A stretch of DNA of 64,000 nt from contig CAXXIA010000001.1 in assembly GCA_963666985.2 (NCBI GenBank), positions 416,001 through 480,000 on the forward strand, read 5' to 3'. The stretch comes from Spirochaetia bacterium. GTDB taxonomy: Bacteria; Spirochaetota; Spirochaetia; DSM-2461. The notes under the pieces are model-generated. The model ran no database searches, was not told where the DNA came from, and saw only the letters and a program-made list of their open reading frames with translations. Shown one piece after another: positions 27,085-37,114 of this stretch; positions within the stretch are counted from its first letter, which is position 1, and each line of letters starts with the position of its first letter. Position numbers and translations under genes: made by a program.

Positions 27085-28239
27085 ATGGCCGGCGGGAAAA
27101 AAAACATCATTGAGCTGGAACCGCATGTTATTCTCACAACCGGCGGCGCCGGTTTCTTTATGAACAACGGCTATAATCTCAGCAAAATCTCCATGGCCGA
27201 CGGAAGCGTACAATACGGAGTGAAGCTGGCTAAAGTCTCTCCCGGATCGTTTCAGCATATGCTCAGGATCGGGTATCTTTCGCAGCTCGAGATTTCAAGG
27301 CCCGAGTTTACGACGGTACGTTCCCATCTTATGGATCTTTCGAAACTCATTGTCTACGGTTTCCTTTACAGACAGTTCGATCAAGTTCTTTTCGATATGC
27401 TCATCAATTCTTCCATGATAAAAGAGTGGAACAGAGCCAATCCCGGAAACATTATTGATGAACAAACCAGGATTAACGACTCGTATCTGAATGAAGTTCT
27501 CTCGCAGAATGCCGATCAGCTGAGACTGATTAAAAAGGCGATCGCCAAGCCTTTGACGGAGCGGATCGCTTCGGATTCTTCTCTAAATCCGGACGAGAAG
27601 AATACCACGATATTCTTGGCCGATAAGTTTTTGAACAGCGTTCGTCCTTTTGTTTGGTTTATTCTGACGCGCTTCAGTTCTTATGAAGAGCATAAAATGC
27701 TGATTCAAGAGTCCAGAAACATTCTGAATTTGTATACGAACCGAGCCCGTATCGCGGATTATCTGACTTTACTGCTGATGGAATTGGCCGTCAGCGCAGA
27801 AACCCTCAACATGATTTCTTTTGCCGAAAGGGTTTATGGTGACGGTATCGATGCTCAGGCGCTTCTCTACGATCAGGCGAAAAGGGAAACGCTTCTTAAA
27901 GGCATGGAAAAGGTGAATGCCAATTTCACCATAGCCTGGCGCGTGGGAAATCCGACGGCTTCTTCCATCGGAACCGAGAAAAAGCTTGAAATGACCATTT
28001 ATAACAGGGAAGCCGAATATCTGGATCTTAAGGAAAAAGTGGAAGAAAAGCTGAAGTCGGGTTCAAGTGTTTCTTTGAGTCAATTCTACAAGAGCACTTC
28101 GGCGGGGAATTCGGAAATGGGCCTTCTGTATTTGGGGTATCTTCAGGATGAATGCGACAAAGTGGGCATACGGTTTACTTCACGAGTCGGAGAGGCCTTA
28201 AGCGGAGTTCCTTCCATTACGCTGACGGTGCAGTTTTAA
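27085..28239 (+). CDS. Conserved hypothetical protein (spirochaete-type)
   Basis: Long ORF with an SD and normal composition. No function was recognised. Confidence 0.75.
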   Translation: MAGGKKNIIELEPHVILTTGGAGFFMNNGYNLSKISMADGSVQYGVKLAKVSPGSFQHMLRIGYLSQLEISRPEFTTVRSHLMDLSKLIVYGFLYRQFDQVLFDMLINSSMIKEWNRANPGNIIDEQTRINDSYLNEVLSQNADQLRLIKKAIAKPLTERIASDSSLNPDEKNTTIFLADKFLNSVRPFVWFILTRFSSYEEHKMLIQESRNILNLYTNRARIADYLTLLLMELAVSAETLNMISFAERVYGDGIDAQALLYDQAKRETLLKGMEKVNANFTIAWRVGNPTASSIGTEKKLEMTIYNREAEYLDLKEKVEEKLKSGSSVSLSQFYKSTSAGNSEMGLLYLGYLQDECDKVGIRFTSRVGEALSGVPSITLTVQF

Positions 28240-28484
28240 GAAGGTCTAATTTGTAGAGAAATCACGAAAGGGCTCGCGGTTGGACACTGTCGAGCATGCT
28301 GTGTCGTCTCGCTGAATCCTTTTGTAATTCAGCCGCTTAACGATATCCCCGTGAAAGCTATAGATCTGCATACAGCGGGGCAGTGGACGATTAATCGATG
28401 ATGGGGACGCACCATAGAGACGATTCTCTGCTCTTTAATATAATATATTAGTATAATAGTATTGATATTGAAGGAGATACTTTC

Positions 28485-29084
28485 ATGACTGCGGACAAGT
28501 TGAAGGCCATATTCTACTTTACAACTCTGCTTCTCTGTATTCCAGTATTTCAAATCCACGCCACAAGCAGTATTTCCTATGCTGAAGGACGTGTTTCCGT
28601 GCACCGATCCGGCCGGGTTTTTTCCGGAGAAATTGGAGTGGATCTTATGGCGGGGGATCGAATTGAAACTCAAGAAGGTTCCATGGCCATTCTCGAACTT
28701 GAAAATCGGGGAGTTTTAAAAATACTGGAAAATACATCGCTGATTCTGGATAATCTGAACGATTCCATGCAAGTTTCGCTCAATGCTGGTAATCTTTTTG
28801 CCAAAATCCGGAAAATGTCAGGGAAAAGTTTTAATGTTTTCTCTCAAAATGTTATTGCCGGAGTAAGGGGAACCCAATTTTACATGGCTTATTCCTATGA
28901 AAATCCTGAGAATATGTGGCTGTGTGTAAAAAACGGACGGGTTGAAGTATCGCTTCAGGACAGCGAAGATACGGTTCTTGTTAAAAAGGGTGAAGGAATC
29001 AGCATTATCGGCGGGAAAGAATTCTCAGAGCCTCAGCGTTATGAATGGACTAAAAATTTAAACTGGGATTTCATCGCTCCTTAA
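28485..29084 (+). CDS. FecR-domain protein
   Basis: Signal peptide, GDRIET and IAGVRGTQF. Confidence 0.8.
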   Translation: MTADKLKAIFYFTTLLLCIPVFQIHATSSISYAEGRVSVHRSGRVFSGEIGVDLMAGDRIETQEGSMAILELENRGVLKILENTSLILDNLNDSMQVSLNAGNLFAKIRKMSGKSFNVFSQNVIAGVRGTQFYMAYSYENPENMWLCVKNGRVEVSLQDSEDTVLVKKGEGISIIGGKEFSEPQRYEWTKNLNWDFIAP

Positions 29085-29126
29085 AAACCGAAAGGCTAAT
29101 AAGGAAAACCAAGATTGGGATTTCTT

Positions 29127-29723
29127 TCATTTACTTTCTGACTCCCCGTATCTCCAACACCCCAGCAGATGATCGTTCACAATTCCTGTGGCCTGCAGAT
29201 GCGCGTAGGCGATAACCGGTCCGAAGAACCGGAATCCCAGTTTTTTCAATTCACGGGCCAAGGCTTCCGATTCGTGTGTTTGCGCGGGAATCTCTTCCAG
29301 GCGTTCCCACCGGTTTATTCGGGGCCGTCCGCCGTAGAACGAGAGGAGCCAATCGGCAAAAGAACCGCAGCGTTCTGAGATTTCCAGGAAGATTCGGGCG
29401 TTTGTAATGGATGATTCGATTTTCCGTCTGTTGCGGACAATGCCGGGATTCTCCATAAGACGCCGCACGTCTTTTTCACCCCATGACGCGATTTCTTCCG
29501 GATTGAAGCCGCTATAAGCTTCGCGGTAGGCTTCCCGTTTTTTTAAGATGGTGATCCATGAAAGGCCGGCTTGTGCCGATTCAAGGACTGTAAACTCGAA
29601 CTGTGTTTGATCGTCAAGAACAAGGCGGCCCCATTCTTCGTCGTGATATGCCGTGTATAATAAATCTCCGGCGCACCAGCCGCAGCGCATTCTTTCATCC
29701 GATCCTTTTACCAAATCTTCCAT
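29127..29723 (-). CDS. tag: DNA-3-methyladenine glycosylase I
   Basis: Motifs RCGW, YHDEEWG, LESAQAGLSWITIL and GIVNDH..GC. Confidence 0.95.
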   Translation of the reverse strand: MEDLVKGSDERMRCGWCAGDLLYTAYHDEEWGRLVLDDQTQFEFTVLESAQAGLSWITILKKREAYREAYSGFNPEEIASWGEKDVRRLMENPGIVRNRRKIESSITNARIFLEISERCGSFADWLLSFYGGRPRINRWERLEEIPAQTHESEALARELKKLGFRFFGPVIAYAHLQATGIVNDHLLGCWRYGESESK

Positions 29724-29856
29724 GAAAGGGTCTCCCTTGGAAAAGATTCTATCCTAAGGACGGCCGAATGATCAAAAAAAGGATCGAAGATGTCTGGGAT
29801 ATAATAACTAATAGGAGATTTCCCCCGATGCGGAACACCGGGGATGAATCGAACCA

Positions 29857-30054
29857 TCAGATGATGGCGAGAGCTTCCTTAAATTTACCGGATTTTACGG
29901 CGGAGTGGCACTGCTTACACAGGGAAAGCTTCTTTTCATTTACTTCATGTTCGTAGAGAAGCTTAATTCCGGAGCGTTTGCACAGAGGGCAGGTACCGCG
30001 ACCGGATCCCGGTGTCTCCTCTTTTAAAGGTCTGCCGCGGTGGGCTTTGGACAT
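29857..30054 (-). CDS. Small basic protein with two CxxC motifs
   Basis: AAGGAG SD, with CPLC and CKQC. Confidence 0.75.
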   Translation of the reverse strand: MSKAHRGRPLKEETPGSGRGTCPLCKRSGIKLLYEHEVNEKKLSLCKQCHSAVKSGKFKEALAII

Positions 30055-30165
30055 AGTCGGTCTCCTTAAAATTCATACCGAAGAAACAATAAAACTCTTC
30101 AGGCGTACCGGCTGACTCTATATGTGATCATCGTTTAGGTCAAGCCGCCGCACCAAGAAGCGCGA

Positions 30166-31446
30166 TCAGATGAAAGGTCTCATTCTTATGATGATTTCGG
30201 GTCTGTTTCGCTTCAAATCCCATCCGAAATCCAGATTAAACGAGAGGGAAGGAAGTGCGGGAATAAAGAGAATCATCGAGCTTCCGACGCAGTATTCGAA
30301 GGAATCCCGTCCATCCCATTCTTCCGATTTAATATATCCGATATCGGAAAACGGACGGAGCTGCATTTCAAAACCGCCTGATGTTCGAAGAACCCTGAAA
30401 TTCACTTGACCGGTAAGATAAACGCCCGCGGTTCCGTATGTCATATAGTCCAAGGTCCCCCTGAGCCTGTCGCCGGCATTTTGCCTGATTCCCAAAGCGG
30501 CGTAGAATCCGCCGATTCTTCCGGAGATTTCCAGCCAATCGGTGAGGGGAATGAGTCCTATAAGATCGGATTCCAATAAAACATCGTTCCGGCCGTTTCC
30601 CGTATACCAAAAATTCGTATTCATGAAGGAGAAGAGAATCCCCCGTCGAAAATTTTCATCTTTAAGGATGCTGTCGAAAGTAAACCCGTGGTCTATTCCC
30701 GGTGAAAACCCCCGATTGAGGAACCGATCGTCTTCCAGGGTGGAAGATATGTTGTATTCGAATTCATAATGATAGAAGAAAGCCGCCTTGGGCTGCAGCC
30801 AATAAAACCAGGGACTTTCCAAACCCAGAGGTATTCTTGCAAGTATCGATGCCGCTGTGCTCATACCGCTATATTGGAGAACAATATCTCCGGAGGGATT
30901 TCCGAATCGGTTGAGTCCGATGGTCTGTTCGAATCTCACCTCCAACGTCATCGGACCGGCCGCGATGTTTCCGATTTCGGTCATGATGTATGTTTTTTTC
31001 GGACTCCAGGTACCCATAAGCATTTGATCCGTCAGAGTGCCGAAGGCGTTCTGATACGTGAGTATTCCGCCGAATATAATTCCAAGATCGGAGGAATAAG
31101 CGGCAAAAGGAATGGGATAGAAGGAGAAGGCATCTTCCGCTTTGATGATGAGGTTGAAGCGGCCGGGAGCGATTTGTACGATTTCCGTTTCGAATTCTTT
31201 ATAAAGCCGTCTTTTCTCGATGTCTTGAAATCGAACCGAAAGGATGTGGAGCATTTCTTCTTCGCTTGAGAACGTTATCCCTTCGTGAAGACGGAGTTCG
31301 CGGAGCAGCGCGCTGCTGCGGGTTTTTCCGATAATTTCGATTTTTATGTTTTCGATAACGGCGGGTTCTCCGTCCTGGGCAAAGCAAGGAAGAACCATCG
31401 ACACAATGATGAGTGAAAGAAGAATGCAGCGTAATCTTATCGGCAT
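30166..31446 (-). CDS. Putative outer-membrane beta-barrel protein with a POTRA-like N-terminus
   Basis: Signal peptide, IGKTR..ALLREL, and amphipathic aromatic strands. Confidence 0.6.
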   Translation of the reverse strand: MPIRLRCILLSLIIVSMVLPCFAQDGEPAVIENIKIEIIGKTRSSALLRELRLHEGITFSSEEEMLHILSVRFQDIEKRRLYKEFETEIVQIAPGRFNLIIKAEDAFSFYPIPFAAYSSDLGIIFGGILTYQNAFGTLTDQMLMGTWSPKKTYIMTEIGNIAAGPMTLEVRFEQTIGLNRFGNPSGDIVLQYSGMSTAASILARIPLGLESPWFYWLQPKAAFFYHYEFEYNISSTLEDDRFLNRGFSPGIDHGFTFDSILKDENFRRGILFSFMNTNFWYTGNGRNDVLLESDLIGLIPLTDWLEISGRIGGFYAALGIRQNAGDRLRGTLDYMTYGTAGVYLTGQVNFRVLRTSGGFEMQLRPFSDIGYIKSEEWDGRDSFEYCVGSSMILFIPALPSLSFNLDFGWDLKRNRPEIIIRMRPFI

Positions 31447-31583
31447 GGGAATTCCTTATAACCTCCAGATCGGTATATAGTTCGACCGTTCCATTAATAT
31501 TATATGGATTCCCGCCGCATTTTTTCCAAATGCGGCGGTGGTTGAGATTCGCTTCTTCAAAGAGCGATTGAAAGGCATGTTTC

Positions 31584-32153
31584 ATGGATAAGGACAAAGT
31601 CGCCCGGCTTACCCGGGAGCTTCTGATGGAAATTGGAGAGAATCCCGAGAGAGAAGGACTCCTTGCGACTCCCGCGCGCGTTGCCGCTTCCTGGGAGTTC
31701 CTGACTTCGGGATATCAAAGCCGGCTTGAGGATGTAATCAACGGCGCCGTATTCGAATCGGAAGCCAACAATATGATTCTCTGCCGGGATATCGAAGTTT
31801 ATAGTCTCTGCGAACATCATATGCTTCCCTTTTTCGGAACATGCACCATCGGATACATCGCGAAGAAACATGTCATCGGCGTAAGCAAACTGGCGCGTAT
31901 CGTCGATCATTTCTCCAGAAGACTTCAGATACAGGAGCGGCTTACCGCTCAAGTGGCCCGGGCCGTAAAAGACTCAGTGGATGCCGAAGGTGTGGGCGTT
32001 ATCATCGAGGCGAAGCACATGTGCATGATTATGCGCGGCGTGGAAAAGCAGCATTCCTCCATGACAACCAGTTCGGTTCTCGGAATATTCCATAAGGATC
32101 TTTCCGTGAGGACCGAATTCCTGACATTGGCGGGAAGAAAAAGGGATTCATAG
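31584..32153 (+). CDS. folE: GTP cyclohydrolase I
   Basis: Motifs REGLLATPARV, SLCEHHMLPFFG, RLQIQERLT and HMCMIMRGV. Confidence 0.97.
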   Translation: MDKDKVARLTRELLMEIGENPEREGLLATPARVAASWEFLTSGYQSRLEDVINGAVFESEANNMILCRDIEVYSLCEHHMLPFFGTCTIGYIAKKHVIGVSKLARIVDHFSRRLQIQERLTAQVARAVKDSVDAEGVGVIIEAKHMCMIMRGVEKQHSSMTTSSVLGIFHKDLSVRTEFLTLAGRKRDS

Positions 32154-32316
32154 GTTTTACGATTTTTTGGAGCGGGCCGTTTCCGACTTGCGGCCGTCCG
32201 CCGGATTCCGTATGGGCCGCTTGGCCGCCGGAGGACGTTCGGCGGCCTTCGGTCGCTGCTCTTTTCAACCGAATCAAGCGCTTCCGAAGCCAAGGGTCTC
32301 CAAAGCCAAGCGGCGA

Positions 32317-32613
32317 TCAGTTCCCGCTTTCGATATTCTCTTCGTCCCGGAAAAGCTTGAGCGACCCGGCTTGAGGATTATCGTCCTTGATTTCTTCGAT
32401 AAGCGCCACGGTTTGAAACGGAATCATCAGATGGTCCGATCCTCCGAATTCCCTGAGAACATCGTCTTCTCCCGGATCGATGACCAGGCGGCTTTCCTTG
32501 GTAAAAACCAAATCCTTGATTGAAACGAAGTAGGGATGAGTCAAATCAAGACTTCGGGCCTTGATAATAATTTTTTTCTCTTTCCATGTGAAATGGACGC
32601 GGTAAAGTGACAT
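32317..32613 (-). CDS. DUF1820-like small protein
   Basis: MSLYRVHF...FVSIKDLVF...LVIDP.ED...EF....LMIP. This is the C-terminal part of the track ORF 32317..33309. Confidence 0.7.
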   Translation of the reverse strand: MSLYRVHFTWKEKKIIIKARSLDLTHPYFVSIKDLVFTKESRLVIDPGEDDVLREFGGSDHLMIPFQTVALIEEIKDDNPQAGSLKLFRDEENIESGN

Positions 32614-32757
32614 TGGGTGGATTATAGAAGTTCCTTCGGTCGGGAGTAAATATCGTCCGGCTCTTAGCGTCCGAAAGTTCGCCGAAAAGGACATTCCTTT
32701 CATACCTTTACGGAAAAACAATTGAATCCTTATCCGCCGCCGCGCTACATTGAACTC

Positions 32758-33540
32758 ATGATTGAGGCTTTGGGAAACCGCATCAGGCAATTCTTCGCAC
32801 AGATTATCTATGCCGCCGGATTCCAACGGTACCTCTTTAAAGAAACTTTTTTCTTTATCCGCAAAAGGCGCATCGGATTCCGCGTGCTTATCATGCAGAT
32901 TCTCTTTACCGGGGTTGAAGCTCTTTCCATCACCTCCCTGATGTCTTTGGGACTCGGGGCCGTCATCATTATCCAGGGAAGTCAGTATTCCAATTTTCTT
33001 ACCGGAGGACTGCTCTACCGGATTCTCATCGTTGTTATCGCCCGTGAATTGGGACCGCTTCTGACGGCCTTTGTCGTTATCGCCCGATCCGGCAGTGCCA
33101 TAACCACGGAACTGGGCAACATGGTGGTGTCGCACGAGATGGAAGCCTATATGTCGGTGGGAATCCATCCGGTATCGCAGCTCGGAGTTCCCAGATTGAT
33201 CGGCGTGGCTTTTTCCATGGTGATTCTGACGGTGTATTCCAACGTCTTCGGCCTGCTCGGCTCCCTCGGTCTTTCGGCAATGCTGACCCGGGTGCGCTTC
33301 GTGGATCATTTGGCGGGACTTTTCGCCAACTTCCGCATGATGGACATCGTCTCAAGCGTTGCCAAGAGTTTTGTCTTCGGCGTTATTATCGCGGCTACAG
33401 CCGTTTACTACGGATTCAGCGTCGGCGGAGCGATAACCGAAGTCCCGGTGAAAACAATCAAATCCATCGGGATGAGCATTATTCTCTGCATCATCGCCGA
33501 CGCCATCATTATCCTTTTAACCAATATGGGGAGTTTTTGA
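32758..33540 (+). CDS. mlaE: MlaE-family ABC permease
   Basis: Motifs RELGPLLTA..V.ARSGSAITTELG.M and VPRLIG. Confidence 0.9.
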   Translation: MIEALGNRIRQFFAQIIYAAGFQRYLFKETFFFIRKRRIGFRVLIMQILFTGVEALSITSLMSLGLGAVIIIQGSQYSNFLTGGLLYRILIVVIARELGPLLTAFVVIARSGSAITTELGNMVVSHEMEAYMSVGIHPVSQLGVPRLIGVAFSMVILTVYSNVFGLLGSLGLSAMLTRVRFVDHLAGLFANFRMMDIVSSVAKSFVFGVIIAATAVYYGFSVGGAITEVPVKTIKSIGMSIILCIIADAIIILLTNMGSF

Positions 33541-34307
33541 TGTCTTCAAAACCCATAACGGAAGAGGGTCCTCTTCACGCCCCGCTTATCATGGAAAACG
33601 TCACGGTTTCTTTCGGCGGCCGCGCCGCGCTGGACGAATTGAATCTGTCTTTCAAACGCGGGGAGTGCACCATGGTGGTGGGAGGCTCGGGAAGCGGGAA
33701 ATCCCTTGCCCTCAAAGCGGCCGCCGGACTGATTGTGCCCGATGAGGGCACCGTGTATTTCGAAGGGCGATCCGTCTTTTCCATGGGAGACGCCGAATAT
33801 CAGAAAATGCAGGCGCGAACGGGTTTCCATTTTCAGGATGCGGCTCTGTGGGCGAATAAATCACTGTGGGAAAACCTTTCCCTGCCTCTTTTGGCGGTCG
33901 ATTCCACCCTTTCGGACGATTGGATCAGCACCCGAATAGACGAGGCCTTCGCTTCGGTCGGCCTGAATCTGGATTCCTCCCTCAGACCGGCCTCCATTTC
34001 CACCGGACAGCGCAAGATGATCAGTTTCCTTCGCGCCGTCATCACCGAACCGGAGATTCTTTTCCTGGACGACCCGGACTCCTTCCTCGACATGGGCAGT
34101 TTGCGAAAGCTTCTTGCGCGGGCCGTGGAATTCAAACGGCGCGGCGTTACCATCATCGTCGCCACAAATAATAAAATGATCGGAGAGGCCTTGGCCGATA
34201 CCGTCGCGGTTCTTTCGGAGGGACGCGTTGTGGCCGAAGGACCTTATCAGGATATTATGAACACGGACGATCCTGTGATCGCTCCCATCTTGCGGCATCT
34301 GGCTTAA
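33537..34307 (+). CDS. MlaF-like ABC ATPase
   Basis: Walker A GGSGSGKS, FQDAAL, signature ISTGQ and Walker B FLDDP. Confidence 0.85.
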   Translation: MMSSKPITEEGPLHAPLIMENVTVSFGGRAALDELNLSFKRGECTMVVGGSGSGKSLALKAAAGLIVPDEGTVYFEGRSVFSMGDAEYQKMQARTGFHFQDAALWANKSLWENLSLPLLAVDSTLSDDWISTRIDEAFASVGLNLDSSLRPASISTGQRKMISFLRAVITEPEILFLDDPDSFLDMGSLRKLLARAVEFKRRGVTIIVATNNKMIGEALADTVAVLSEGRVVAEGPYQDIMNTDDPVIAPILRHLA

Positions 34308-34333
34308 GAGGCGGATAATGGGATGACGGTGAA

Positions 34334-35347
34334 ATGAAGTTTAAATTCAAACACGCGGATAAAATCGTCGGTCTCTTTACCCTTATCGCCCTTGTCCTTC
34401 TCGTGATTATGGCGGTGTTCGCCGGCGTGAATAAAAAATGGTTTACCAAGAAAGTTTTTTATACCAGCCTCTTTACTTCCGCCGAAGGGCTGAAAGTGGG
34501 AATGGGCGTAAACCTCCGAGGCTTTGAAATCGGCCGGGTGAAGGAAATCAGCCTCAATACCGACAATCAGGTGGATATCATTTTTTATATCTACGAAGAC
34601 TACCACGACCGCATCCTGCCCGATTCCGTGGTTGCGCTTCCCACCTCGCTGCTGGGAGCCGCGGCGGCTCTAGATTTTTATCCGGGACTCACCGAAGGAA
34701 ATCCTCTACCCGACGGCACCTATATCCCCTCCACTCAGACCGTCGACGGAAAAATGCTCGTGAAAACCCGCCGCGTGGATAAACCGGAGGGAGGAGACGC
34801 CCTTTCTGAGATTCTCTCCGATCTTCCCGCTATTCTGGACACCGTCAATTCAACCGTCGCTTCCGTCGGCGCTTTAACGGATACTTTGAAAACAGGCGTT
34901 GAAGGACGCGGCAACGCGGCTCTGGCCGGTACGGTTCGGAACATCGAGGGCATTACCGCCGATGTGCGGCAAAGTACCGGCGACTTGAATCGAATAACCG
35001 CGAATCTGGCCGCACTCACCGAAGATCCCGCCGGACTTGTTCCGACCCTGCTTGATCCGCAAGGATCTTTGGCCACGATTCTTGACGATGATGATGAGCT
35101 CTGGAATCGGATTATGGCCATCCTGGGTGAAGTGGAAGGAGCGGTTTCCGGTGTGAACGATTTGGCCTCCTCCCTTTCGGGGGTGAGCCCGCAGCTGGCC
35201 CTGGCCCTCGACGAGACCATCCGGGCCCTGGAAGACGCCCAAAAAGTCATGGAAGGACTCCGGAATAACCCCCTCTTGAAGAAAGGAATCAGTCCCGAAA
35301 CCGCGCCGGAGAATCCGGGAACCGATATGAGAACGGAGGAATTCTAA
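34334..35347 (+). CDS. MlaD/MCE family protein
   Basis: N-terminal TM, AEGLKVG..V...GFEIGRV, and a helical C-terminus. Confidence 0.88.
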   Translation: MKFKFKHADKIVGLFTLIALVLLVIMAVFAGVNKKWFTKKVFYTSLFTSAEGLKVGMGVNLRGFEIGRVKEISLNTDNQVDIIFYIYEDYHDRILPDSVVALPTSLLGAAAALDFYPGLTEGNPLPDGTYIPSTQTVDGKMLVKTRRVDKPEGGDALSEILSDLPAILDTVNSTVASVGALTDTLKTGVEGRGNAALAGTVRNIEGITADVRQSTGDLNRITANLAALTEDPAGLVPTLLDPQGSLATILDDDDELWNRIMAILGEVEGAVSGVNDLASSLSGVSPQLALALDETIRALEDAQKVMEGLRNNPLLKKGISPETAPENPGTDMRTEEF

Positions 35348-35348
35348 G

Positions 35349-36413
35349 GTGATCAGCGAAGCCGGAATCCGAATGCCCTGCCCAAACCGCCCAGGCCGCA
35401 CCATGCGAACTCAGGCGGCCCCCGTCTCGCCGCGCCATTGCGCCCGTGTTCTTTCCCCTGCCTCTTATCGCCGCGCTTCCGAGGAGGCGCGGATCGGAGG
35501 GCGGACCGCGTTTTTCCGCAACCGGCGCCTGTTCGCCGCCGGCGCCTTTCTGCTTCTCGCCGTGCTGGCCTCTTGTTCCACCAAGCCCAAAGAACCCGAA
35601 GAAATCATTACACGCCGCAAGCAGGCCGATTCCCTTATGACTCAGGGCCATGAGCGAACCGACGAGCTGGCCTACGATATCGCGCGCAACTCCTATAATA
35701 CCGCCCTCGGCATCTACGCCTCCCTGGATTACCGGGAAGGCACCGTTGCCGCCCTTTTGGCCCTGGGCCGCAACAGCCGGATGACGGGAAACACGGCCGC
35801 CGCCGAAGAACTGTTCGATCATGCCGAATCCTTGGCCGCCGGTCTTGATAATCCGCGCATCATGCGGGATGTGCTGAACCATAAAGCCGACCTTGCCCTG
35901 CGCACCGGCGATCCGGTGGCGGCGGCCGCGTATCTTGAAGATTCCTCCGCATCGGGCGAAAAGCCGTCTTCCGCCGTTTCAAACGGCCGCGAGCGGGCAG
36001 CCCAGCTGCGGCTTCTCGGCACCGCCCGCCATGCCATGGGCGAAGATGAGGATGCTCAAAACCTTCTTCTGCAGTCCGCCGGCGTCGCCGAGGCGGCCGA
36101 TGAAAAGGTTGAGGCCGCCCAGTCTTACTATAAGCTGGCTTCCGTCGCCTCTCTTGACGCCCGCTTCGATGAAGCCCTCTCCTGGGCGGCCAAGGCCCTT
36201 TCTTCGGATAAAGAGGCCGAATACCGTCCGGGCATCGCGGCGGACTTGCGGGCCCTGGCCATAATTTCCGCCAAGGCCGGAGATAAAGCGGCCGCCGAGG
36301 ACTATTTCCGGCGTTCCTGGCTTGCCTGGAGGGGACTCGGACGCCTTGAAGATGCCGAATCGGCCCGCTTGGAGCTGGAAGAACTCACAGGCCGCCCCGT
36401 AACGGTTCCCTGA
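35349..36413 (+). CDS. TPR-like lipoprotein
   Basis: Lipobox LASC and Ala-rich helical repeats. The true start is probably downstream of 35349. Confidence 0.7.
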   Translation: MISEAGIRMPCPNRPGRTMRTQAAPVSPRHCARVLSPASYRRASEEARIGGRTAFFRNRRLFAAGAFLLLAVLASCSTKPKEPEEIITRRKQADSLMTQGHERTDELAYDIARNSYNTALGIYASLDYREGTVAALLALGRNSRMTGNTAAAEELFDHAESLAAGLDNPRIMRDVLNHKADLALRTGDPVAAAAYLEDSSASGEKPSSAVSNGRERAAQLRLLGTARHAMGEDEDAQNLLLQSAGVAEAADEKVEAAQSYYKLASVASLDARFDEALSWAAKALSSDKEAEYRPGIAADLRALAIISAKAGDKAAAEDYFRRSWLAWRGLGRLEDAESARLELEELTGRPVTVP

Positions 36414-36436
36414 CAAGCCGCCGGAGTTTCGCGGGA

Positions 36437-37030
36437 ATGATGAATCCGATCTTCGTCCTACTGCTGATTACAGTCCCGATACTGATTCTTGCCATCGTCC
36501 GAAGAAAGCGGGAACATCAGGATTCTTTGTCGGAAACGCCGGAAAAGAATGAATCACCAATGGAAGGGGAAGCACCCGAAGAGTTTTTCGAGTCCACACC
36601 CAACGATCGATTTTTTGAACATATCGATGATTTTTCGAACGTTATCCCTCTGGTCCGTACATATGGCGCGAACGACAAATACATGATTCAGTCCATTCTG
36701 GACGCGAATGGAATCCCTTCGTATTTGTCTCCGCAATACGTCAATAATCTTCTTCCCGGCGTCCGGATGAAATTTCACACCGACTCCATCATCTCTATCG
36801 ATGCGGAGGATAAAATTGAGGCGGTTATTCTGGTTCTGGAATATCTGGAATCCATTTCTCCGGAAAATGTTCCCTCATACCGTTCCGTTTCCGCCTCTCT
36901 GTACAACGCCGTCGCCTTTCTGCATGCCATGCCCGCGGCCAACGAGGGGTATCGTCCGGAACTGCTCATCGATATGGATGAACTTGTGGCGGAAATGGAA
37001 GAGAGGGCGGGCGGATCGGCGGGAAGTTAA
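36437..37030 (+). CDS. Membrane-anchored DUF2007-like protein
   Basis: N-terminal TM and MIQSILDANGIP. Confidence 0.6.
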   Translation: MMNPIFVLLLITVPILILAIVRRKREHQDSLSETPEKNESPMEGEAPEEFFESTPNDRFFEHIDDFSNVIPLVRTYGANDKYMIQSILDANGIPSYLSPQYVNNLLPGVRMKFHTDSIISIDAEDKIEAVILVLEYLESISPENVPSYRSVSASLYNAVAFLHAMPAANEGYRPELLIDMDELVAEMEERAGGSAGS

Positions 37031-37114
37031 GAACTTTCCCGACAATTTATCCATGATTCTTGGCAACGATTACGCGCCGCGTTAGTCTATATGCAAGGAA
37101 TTAAGGAGTCCATT

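Noticed and set aside
32614..33309. N-terminal two-thirds of the track ORF 32317..33309
   Set aside because: It is antisense to mlaE. Only the last 98 codons look like a real protein.
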